This document shows, piece after piece, positions 17,260 through 24,285 of a stretch of 45,533 nt of DNA. Every line of letters begins with the position of its first letter. Within the stretch, counting starts at the first letter, position 1. The DNA comes from Armatimonadota bacterium (GTDB taxonomy: Bacteria; Vulcanimicrobiota; Xenobia; RGZZ01). Location: the NCBI GenBank assembly GCA_016868975.1, contig VGFD01000001.1, positions 1 through 45,533 of the forward strand, written 5' to 3'. The position numbers and the translations under genes were made by a program. Under the pieces are notes generated by a model. That model worked only from the letters and a program-made list of their open reading frames with translations, was not told the DNA's origin and made no database searches.

Positions 17260-17540
17260 AGGTCGTTGACGAGATCGGTAGTCGCCGCGGATTCGTAGTC
17301 GGTCCACCAGTCAGCATCTTCATTCCGACACAGTTCCGCGTACGCGTCGTAGGCCTGTTCGAGGTCTTCCTCACGCCGTCGACGACGAAACTCTTCTACA
17401 ACCGTCGCGATCGCACGGCTACGGTTCTCGTCCATGCTATCAAGAAACGCGATGGCTTCCGAGGGAAGGGACACTGAAATCTTTGGCAACGACTCGCGCC
17501 TCCAGCTTCTGCCACCCAAGGTAGCAGAGTTGGGTAGCAT
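17256..17540 (-). CDS. Ribbon-helix-helix (CopG/MazE-like) antitoxin
   Basis: ISVSLPSEAIAFLDSMDENRSRAIATVVEEF fits an RHH strand-helix-helix, followed by an acidic C-terminal tail. The stop overlaps the mazF start. The start is ambiguous between ATG 17540, TTG 17546 and GTG 17552. Confidence 0.65.
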   Translation of the reverse strand: MLPNSATLGGRSWRRESLPKISVSLPSEAIAFLDSMDENRSRAIATVVEEFRRRRREEDLEQAYDAYAELCRNEDADWWTDYESAATTDLVNDL

Positions 17541-17635
17541 TGTCAATCCCACCCACAGGAGGCAGACAGGGCGACACCGTCCGCGACAACGAGGCAGCGA
17601 CGCCAGGTTCGAGGCTCCTCTTTGCGCAGCCTGGT

Positions 17636-18562
17636 TTACCCGTCTGGCTCTTCGTCCCAGAGCGGGCGTTCCAGATCCTCCCTGCGCAGCGGGGAAGGCG
17701 GCGACACCTTCGAGTCGCTGGGCGGGCGGGACGCGCCGAACACGTCGTCGACGCCCGGTAATATCCCCAGGCCGGCCAGGAAGCCGGGGCCGATTTCTTT
17801 TTTCATCCGCATGTCCGGAATATAGCGCGGCTTCTTCTCCTCCGGCGGCAACGCGGGCGCCGAAGTGTCCTCCTCGTGCGCACCCTCGCGAATATCGCTG
17901 AACACGTCGCGCACCTTCGCGCGCTTTTCGGGCGAGGTGGGTCCTTCCCGCGGCGGCGGGGGCGGCTTGACCGGCATGGTATATTCGGTCTTCTGGCCGG
18001 GCGTCGGAATCGGGGGTTTCTTATACGCCGTCGTCGGCATCGTCGGCGGACCGGGCGCCGTGGTAAATTGTTGCAGCACGAAAAAGGTATCGCCCTTGAG
18101 CGGCGCTTCGTCTTCCGCGGGCGGGGCCGGCTTGGGAGGCGGCGGGGCTGCGGTGGGCGGGCGCGCGGCCGCCGGTGGCCGCACCGGGACGTTGGCCGGC
18201 GCCACGCCCGGCGGCGGCGAGGACGGTCCGGGCGGCGCTGGCACCACGCGCGCGGGCGGCGCCTGAGGGGTGGGCGCCAGTGGCGAGATAAGCAATTCCC
18301 CGCGCTCGTTCGCGCGGATGCTCAATTCGTCCAGCACCCAGGGGACGTGCTCGTCGCCTTCCGGCAGCATCCACAGCCTGTGGGGCGCGAGCGCCGCCAC
18401 AGTGCCGTTGGGGTACGCGGTCAGCGCCTGGTGCAGCAGCCGCCCTGGAATGGTGATGGTTGAATTGAGGTTCACCTGGGACGAGCGGATGTTAAGCAGC
18501 ATGCCATCCCAGCGGGACGATCCCAGAAATTGCCCGGCCAGCGCGAAGCCCAACCGCCTCAT
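17636..18562 (-). CDS. Proline-rich protein with about 100-aa globular N-terminal domain, unknown function
   Basis: Start MRRLGFALAGQF is codon 69 of the track ORF, because earlier codons overlap the upstream gene. The central region has long PPxP/PAPP runs and the tail is charged. Confidence 0.5.
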   Translation of the reverse strand: MRRLGFALAGQFLGSSRWDGMLLNIRSSQVNLNSTITIPGRLLHQALTAYPNGTVAALAPHRLWMLPEGDEHVPWVLDELSIRANERGELLISPLAPTPQAPPARVVPAPPGPSSPPPGVAPANVPVRPPAAARPPTAAPPPPKPAPPAEDEAPLKGDTFFVLQQFTTAPGPPTMPTTAYKKPPIPTPGQKTEYTMPVKPPPPPREGPTSPEKRAKVRDVFSDIREGAHEEDTSAPALPPEEKKPRYIPDMRMKKEIGPGFLAGLGILPGVDDVFGASRPPSDSKVSPPSPLRREDLERPLWDEEPDG

Positions 18563-18653
18563 CACTTCGGGATCATTGGACGCGGGAGCGACGGGGCGGC
18601 GCGGGAGTCCACCGGGCGGGCCTGCTGCGCGATGCTCCGTCACGTCCAGCCTC

Positions 18654-21600
18654 TCAGGTGGGCACCGCCGCGGGTGCCGCGAGAATTTGTTCGGCCAGCT
18701 TGTCAACCGGCAGGGTGACCAGATCGCGCACTGGGACCGCGTCGAGAAGCCGGTCGTCCCAATCACGATCGGTTTCCGTCACCTGGCTGCGCACGTCGTC
18801 GTAGCGCTGCATGTCACGCAGCACCGCGGCCTTCTTGTCGGCCGTCAGGGTTTCGTCGAACTCCAGGTGGAGCAGCACGAGGCCCTCCACCTGGCCGCTC
18901 GGCAAGATCGGCACGATGGCCAGCGGCTTGTGATCGCGCCGCCCCAGCCCGACGTAGCAGGAACGATGGCGCACCACTGACTCCTTGGTTCCAAACAGCG
19001 CGTGTCCGTCGTCGGCCCGGGAGTGCATCTGCGCGCTCATCCCCGTCTTGCGGACGGCCCGCACCGTGGAGCCGGCTTGCGGCTCGCCCAGCGTCCCCAG
19101 CCCGCGCACTTCGTACACCGTCACGCCAAGCACCTGGCGGGTGGCCGGGGTGATGGCTCGCAGGGCCGCGAAGTCGCGGTAGGCAAGCCCCTCGTGCGAT
19201 ACGCCGGCCTCGCGCAGGGCGCTGAAGATGGCGCCTTCGAGCGCTTCCTCCAGGCGGGAGATGCCCACCGTGATGGTCTTCGCCTGGTGCTTGATGGCGT
19301 CAATGGGGCGGGTCAGCTCGTGGATGGCGCGCGAGAGCGCCACGACCAGCCGCTCGACCACGTTGGCCGGGGTGCCCTCGGCGTGGAAGTCCGCGCTGAA
19401 CTGGCCCAGCGATCGACCTCCGGTGAAGTACAGGAAGAGGCTGGAGAGCTGCACCCCCGCATCCACCGACAGCGAGGAATTATACAGGCCGCCGGACAGC
19501 TCGGACTGGAAGCGTGAGCCCACCGTCTTCACCTGTTGGTAGGCGCTGCTGGTGAACTCGCCGCCCTCGGAAAGCTGCTGCACCGCCAGCGCGCGGGCCG
19601 GACGCAGCACCGCGGCGCCGCGATCGATGGCGCGCGCGCAATAATATCCCCACAGGTGGCCGACCAGCGTGTTGAGCAGCACGGAGGCATTTTCCGAAGC
19701 GCGCGGCACGTAAATAATTCCGGCCGCGTATGGCTCAAAAGCGTCGAAGCCCTCGGAGCAGATGACGATGGGCAGCGACTTGTGCGACTTGAAAATGGCC
19801 ACTTCCTTGACGGCGTCGCGCAGCGCCATCAGGGGAAGGCCCGCGGCGCAGACCAGCGTGAGCGGCTCGCTGGACAGGTCGATGTGCTTTTTGTCCTCGA
19901 TAAAGTCGGTGGCGATGGACTTGTAGCACAGCTCGCTGAGCTTGATGCGGATCTCCTCGGCGGCGGCCCGGGTGGAGCCACTGCCCACCACGGCCCAGTC
20001 GCGCTTCGTGGTGGCGAAGGACTCCGCAAAGCGCTTGACCGGCGCGCTGTCGGCCAGCACCTTGCGCATCTTGTCGGGCAGGCGGCTCAACTCCTCAAGC
20101 TCCTGGCACACCTGCTCCTGGGATTGGACTTCGAGGATGAGCGCCATGTGGAGCGCGATGAGATATCCGGCCACCACCTGGCTGTAGAACGCCTTGGTGG
20201 AGGCCACCGACATCTCGATGTCGCGGCCGTCGCTGGTGTACAGCACGCCGTCGGCTTTGTAGACCAGATCCGAGTTGCGTCGATTCACGATGGCGATGGC
20301 CGCCGCGCCGCGCTGGCGCGCCATGTCGACCGTGCGGTTGGTGTCGGTGGTGGTGCCGGACTGGGATATTGCAATGATCAGCGCGTCGTCCAGCGATTCG
20401 TGCATGCGGTAGCCGGACAATTCCGAGGCCTTTACCGCGGAGATGGACAGCGCGCTGGCGCTCAGCGTCCGCTCCATCATGGAGGCCACCGCAGCGCCCG
20501 CGATGGCGGCCGTGCCCTGGCCGATGAGCAGCACGCGGCGGATCTGGCCCGACTTGAGCCGCTCGACGATGGCGCCGGGAAGCGCGTCCTCGCCAAGGTT
20601 CATGTGGACGCTTCGCTGGGGCTCGGTGGCCAGCTCGAATTTCCCCTGCAGTGTTTTCTGCACCGAAATGGGCGACTCGGAGATTTCCTTGAGGAGGAAA
20701 TGCTGGTGCTCGCCACGGTTGATGTCGCGCGTGGTAATTTCGGCGGTTTTCACGTGCGACTCGTCGAGCGCGATCCGCTCGCCGTCGAAGGACCACGCTT
20801 CGATGCCATTTATTCCGTCGATGCGCTGGGCGTCAAGCACGAAGACCTGACCCGCGGTTTCCGGTTTTCCGGGGATGCGCTCCACGGTGCCGTCCATGCG
20901 TACGAAGCGCGCCGTGTGCTCGACCACGCCGTAAAGCTCGGAGGCGACCACGTAGCCGTGCGGGCCGATCCCCACGTACAGGGACTGGCCGCTACCGCGC
21001 AGCGCGAGGTAGGTGCGGTGCGGATCGGCGGTAGTGTGCATGATGATGGCCACCGAGCCCTCGAACTGGGATACCGCTTTGCAGAAGGCATCGCGCACGT
21101 CCGCGGCGCCACGGGACAGGTGGTGGGCGATCATCACCGGAATGATCTTGGAATCCGTGGTGATGCGGGGCGAGATCATCTGGCCGGTTTCGCTCTGCAG
21201 GGAGGCGCACAGCTCCTGGTAGTTGTCCACGTCGCCGTTGAGCGCGGCCAGCGTGCAGGCGGCGCCGTGAGGGGCTCCGTTGCGCCGCGCGCCGCCGACG
21301 GTCTCGCTGGTGACCGGATGGCAGTTGGGCTCGCTGATGATTCCGTTGGAGGCCCAGCGCGTGTGCGAGAACATGTTGGTGGCCGCCGGCGGGTCGCACA
21401 AGGCGCGCCAGAAAATCGCGTCGTTGTTGATCTGCTCGACCAGTTTCGCCACGTTGTCGCCCAAGGCGCCCACTTCCTGGGCCACTTTGAAGGTGAACAC
21501 CACGCAGCGATGCGGCTCGTCGACGAGAATGGCGCCGCTGGTGAAGTCGGGGAGGGCGCGGCGCGCGTCCACCGCCGGGCCGCCTTCCGAGAGCCACTGC

Positions 21601-22145
21601 TGGAAGCCCTCCGCGCCAAACGAGACGAGGATGGAAAGGCCCAGCGAGTCGCGCCCGCGGACCTCCATGCGGCCGATGTTCTCCAGGATGGCGGCGAGCT
21701 TCCAGGCTTCGAAGCGGGCCTTGCGCGTTTCCAGGGAGCCCGCGGGGAGGAGCGCGCGCACCCGCTTCTGGGCACCCAGCACGTCGCGCTCCATGAGCCA
21801 CGCGAGGTCGCGGGCGCGCACCCACAGGGCGTTCCACTGCTCCAGAATCCCCGTGCTGGCGCCGGGCGCGAGGGCCACGGCCTGGGTCTTCGCTTCCCAC
21901 TCGGTGAGCAGGGCGGCGCCCTCGGCCATCAGCGTGTGAAGCGATTCGCTGGCGTAGATTTCCTCGAAGGCATTGTACTCGCGCAGCGCGGGCGTCAGCG
22001 CCTCAATGGCGGCGAGCAGCGGGGAAAAGGCGGCCGGGCCCTCAACCGAGGATTGCCCCAACCGCTCGAGGGCGGCTCGCAGCCCGTCCCAGTCAATGGG
22101 CGCGGTGCCCCGAGCGTCGTAGATGAATCCAGCGATGCCGCACAT
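18654..22145 (-). CDS. Giant GlmS-like protein: class-II (Ntn) glutamine amidotransferase plus two SIS domains with large insertions and a C-terminal extension (1163 aa)
   Basis: MCGIAGF N-terminal Cys, then RGRDSLGLS, HTRWASNG, NGDVDNYQEL and TDSKI. SIS motifs ISQSGTTTDT and SVASTKAF, plus a second SIS VVGSGSTRAAAEEIRIKLSE. A GlmS-tail-like motif HQAKTITVG is followed by about 190 further residues. Confidence 0.8.
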   Translation of the reverse strand: MCGIAGFIYDARGTAPIDWDGLRAALERLGQSSVEGPAAFSPLLAAIEALTPALREYNAFEEIYASESLHTLMAEGAALLTEWEAKTQAVALAPGASTGILEQWNALWVRARDLAWLMERDVLGAQKRVRALLPAGSLETRKARFEAWKLAAILENIGRMEVRGRDSLGLSILVSFGAEGFQQWLSEGGPAVDARRALPDFTSGAILVDEPHRCVVFTFKVAQEVGALGDNVAKLVEQINNDAIFWRALCDPPAATNMFSHTRWASNGIISEPNCHPVTSETVGGARRNGAPHGAACTLAALNGDVDNYQELCASLQSETGQMISPRITTDSKIIPVMIAHHLSRGAADVRDAFCKAVSQFEGSVAIIMHTTADPHRTYLALRGSGQSLYVGIGPHGYVVASELYGVVEHTARFVRMDGTVERIPGKPETAGQVFVLDAQRIDGINGIEAWSFDGERIALDESHVKTAEITTRDINRGEHQHFLLKEISESPISVQKTLQGKFELATEPQRSVHMNLGEDALPGAIVERLKSGQIRRVLLIGQGTAAIAGAAVASMMERTLSASALSISAVKASELSGYRMHESLDDALIIAISQSGTTTDTNRTVDMARQRGAAAIAIVNRRNSDLVYKADGVLYTSDGRDIEMSVASTKAFYSQVVAGYLIALHMALILEVQSQEQVCQELEELSRLPDKMRKVLADSAPVKRFAESFATTKRDWAVVGSGSTRAAAEEIRIKLSELCYKSIATDFIEDKKHIDLSSEPLTLVCAAGLPLMALRDAVKEVAIFKSHKSLPIVICSEGFDAFEPYAAGIIYVPRASENASVLLNTLVGHLWGYYCARAIDRGAAVLRPARALAVQQLSEGGEFTSSAYQQVKTVGSRFQSELSGGLYNSSLSVDAGVQLSSLFLYFTGGRSLGQFSADFHAEGTPANVVERLVVALSRAIHELTRPIDAIKHQAKTITVGISRLEEALEGAIFSALREAGVSHEGLAYRDFAALRAITPATRQVLGVTVYEVRGLGTLGEPQAGSTVRAVRKTGMSAQMHSRADDGHALFGTKESVVRHRSCYVGLGRRDHKPLAIVPILPSGQVEGLVLLHLEFDETLTADKKAAVLRDMQRYDDVRSQVTETDRDWDDRLLDAVPVRDLVTLPVDKLAEQILAAPAAVPT

Positions 22146-22296
22146 GGTCTGCTACTCTCCGTTTCGCCGGCCACACCATGCCAAAAGGCCCGCACCCCAG
22201 GGAACGGGCCGGCAGGCAGCAACCTTGCGAAGGATTCGCCAATCCGGGTGCCGCGTCCCTGCCAGGAACCCGGGGCCGGATGTCGAATGAAATTCA

Positions 22297-22968
22297 ATGA
22301 GACTTGCAGAAGGGTTGGCAGCAATGGCGTTCGACATCCGGCAGAGGCTTGGAGGCGAAGAGGTGGCGTGGCGCTACCAGAATTCCCTGGTGGAGCAGTT
22401 CCTGGCTTCCCCAGAGGCGGAACGGGCTGGCGTGCGCGCCGGCAACTACGCATACGACTTGCTCGAATTTGCCTGGAATTACGAAGGGGTTACCCCGGTG
22501 ACAATGCAGCCGGCCAACCTTCGTGAGGTCGTCTTCAACCTCTTTCCACGGAAGATTACGTGTTTCCCGGACGAGGCCGCGAATATTGTGCCGGAAGTGC
22601 GCGCGTTCTTGCAGTTTCTTTCGCGCGCCTTCAGCCTGGCCAATGCGGACCGCTGCCTGAAGTGTCTCGACGATGGCGCGGTGGAGCAGCTGCGCCGTGC
22701 TCTGGACGATCCCCGCAATTACGGAATGGCGAAGTCGGTGCTCATGAAGGGGCTGCGCGAGGGCGCGGACTTCAGCACGCCGGAGAAGCTGGAAGCGTGG
22801 CTCGCCCGCCAGAGCGGCGGCGTGTTCCCGCCGCGGCACCTTGAACAGCCCGACATTCAAATGGTGGACGACCCGTACATGCTGCAGGCGGCAAGCCGCT
22901 CACCGCGGCGTGGAGCCGACAAAGGTCGACGGAAAATGCAGAAGGCGAGCCGTAGACGGAACCGCTAA
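22297..22968 (+). CDS. Hypothetical protein with basic C-terminal tail
   Basis: Coding-like GC3 and no motif I recognise. The ATG at 22324 (MAFDIRQ) is an alternative start. Ends ...KGRRKMQKASRRRNR. Confidence 0.5.
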   Translation: MRLAEGLAAMAFDIRQRLGGEEVAWRYQNSLVEQFLASPEAERAGVRAGNYAYDLLEFAWNYEGVTPVTMQPANLREVVFNLFPRKITCFPDEAANIVPEVRAFLQFLSRAFSLANADRCLKCLDDGAVEQLRRALDDPRNYGMAKSVLMKGLREGADFSTPEKLEAWLARQSGGVFPPRHLEQPDIQMVDDPYMLQAASRSPRRGADKGRRKMQKASRRRNR

Positions 22969-23034
22969 AAAATAAGTCGGGCCCACCGGTGGGCCCGACT
23001 GCTGCTGAGTCGGGCCCGCGGGTGAGCCCGACTC
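22966..23034 (-). terminator. Twin GC-rich hairpins between convergent genes; the first is a canonical terminator on the minus strand
   Basis: 22976-22999 is a perfect 24-nt palindrome, GTCGGGCCCA-CCGG-TGGGCCCGAC, followed on the minus strand by TTATTTTTTA. A second hairpin at 23007-23034 is GAGTCGGGC-N10-GCCCGACTC. Both share the GTCGGGCCC core. Confidence 0.7.
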
Positions 23035-23063
23035 TCTCACTTAATGTGTGTGTGTGCCGATTC

Positions 23064-24149
23064 TCAGGGCAGTTCCTGGAACAGCAGCCCTTTTTCATTG
23101 TAGAAGGCCAGCGCGTTTCCGCTCGGTGAGAAGCGGATCGTGCCGGGCGCCACACCTTCAATGCCCGGCACCGGGCGCAGCGTGAAGTTGTCCGCCTCGC
23201 GGCCGTACCAGGTGGACATCTTGCCGGTGCTGAGGTCGAGGTGGCTGACCAGGATGTTGGAGCCGTCGGCGCTCATGTAGAGGTAATTGTACAGCTTGCC
23301 GGCGTCGCCGATTTTCCAGCGCTTCTTGGAGCCCAGGTCGCAAACCACCACGCCGGCGCTGGCCTTGTCCCAGCGGGCTGCATAGATCACCCGGTCCTGG
23401 CCGACCGCGATGCCGCCGTAGCCGAGCGCGGCGTCGATGGGCAGGGTGTCGTCGCCCACCGTGGCGAGCAGGCGCATCTTCCGCTCGGCGGCGTCGAGCA
23501 TCGCGAAGTACGACTGCTCCGACGAGAACCACTGCTGCACGGCAAAACCCGCGGTGCGCTTGCGCAGGCCGTCAATGGCCCGCACGCTCTGGATGGCGGA
23601 CAGTCCGCTGCCCTGCACGTCGACCGAGGCAATCGCGTCACCGGTCACGGCCTGCGCTTCGTCGTAGAAGTAACCGGGCGTGTGGAACTGGCCTTTCTCT
23701 CACCAGATCACTTCCGGCTGGGAGCGGAAACCCGGCTTGCCGGCCTCGTTCTTCCATAGAGTGCGGGCGCTCTTCTTCTCCAGATCGATGGCGATGAAGC
23801 GGGTGCCGAAATCGGACAACGCGAGCGCGGATTTTCCGTCCGGAGAGATCGCCATCTGCTCGAGCTGGGTGGTGGGCAGCAGCACGGCGTCAACCTTCGC
23901 GGCAGCGCCTTCGATGCGGAAGATCTTCACCTGCCACACCTCGCCGCGCGCCTTGCGTTTCGCATCGCGGATCTTCTCGACGCCCAGCAGAGTTTTCCCG
24001 TCCTGCGACATGTTGGCCAGCGAAAATGAAGTCGGATCGATCTTCATTTTCTTGAGCTGGTCGACGGTGAGCGTGATCTCCGCAGCGGCGGGCTTGACGA
24101 GCGCGAGCACCAGTATGGCCATAAGAAGGAAAAGGGAAGTCTTCTTCAT
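23064..24149 (-). pseudogene. Secreted beta-propeller (TolB/WD40-like) protein interrupted by one in-frame TGA at 23700-23702
   Basis: Signal peptide MKKTSLFLLMAILVLALVKPAAA. SPDG-type repeat blades occur on both sides (AISPDGKSALAL, YMSADGSNILV, RFSPSGNALAF). The track ORFs 23700-24149 and 23064-23648 share one frame and are joined by ...PEVIW*EKGQFHTPGYFYDEAQAV.... Confidence 0.7.
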
Positions 24150-24285
24150 TTCTGTGTAACCTCGTCCTGTGTATTTTTATTCTTACGGCCCGGGCGCTGA
24201 TCACACTTTAGCACATCGTCTAGTGGCCGGTAACGATTTTTGGTTAGGGATCCGCAAGAATCGTGGTTAACGTTTGGCAAGAAAA

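Noticed and set aside
22146-22296. Possible glmS ribozyme or another riboswitch in the 151-nt leader of the GlmS-like gene.
   Set aside because: I reverse-complemented the leader and found none of the conserved glmS ribozyme core strings (for example AGCGCC at a cleavage site, or GACGAGG). Only generic GC-rich pairing is present. A covariance-model search (Rfam RF00234) would settle it.
19536-22526. A 996-aa plus-strand ORF. Other very long ORFs fall in the same class: 8442-10436 (-), 15211-16806 (-), 32670-34928 (+), 31018-32508 (-), 37620-39176 (-), 3894-5540 (+), 39285-40556 (-), 34147-35361 (-).
   Set aside because: Each lies antisense to, or out of frame with, a gene that has clear family motifs. 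Their translations are low-complexity Arg/Gly/Ala/Pro/His strings, which is typical of stop-poor alternative frames in high-GC DNA.
23045-23056. The (TG)6 microsatellite as a phase-variation switch.
   Set aside because: It lies in the non-coding gap downstream of both convergent genes, 8 nt past a stop codon. Length changes there would alter neither a reading frame nor promoter spacing.
23700-23702. Selenocysteine at the in-frame TGA of the propeller gene, and likewise at 39725-39727.
   Set aside because: There is no redox-type Cys/Sec context. No convincing SECIS-like hairpin sits at the usual short distance. The imperfect stem I found begins about 24 nt downstream and has a 21-nt loop. A beta-propeller blade is not a known selenoprotein site.
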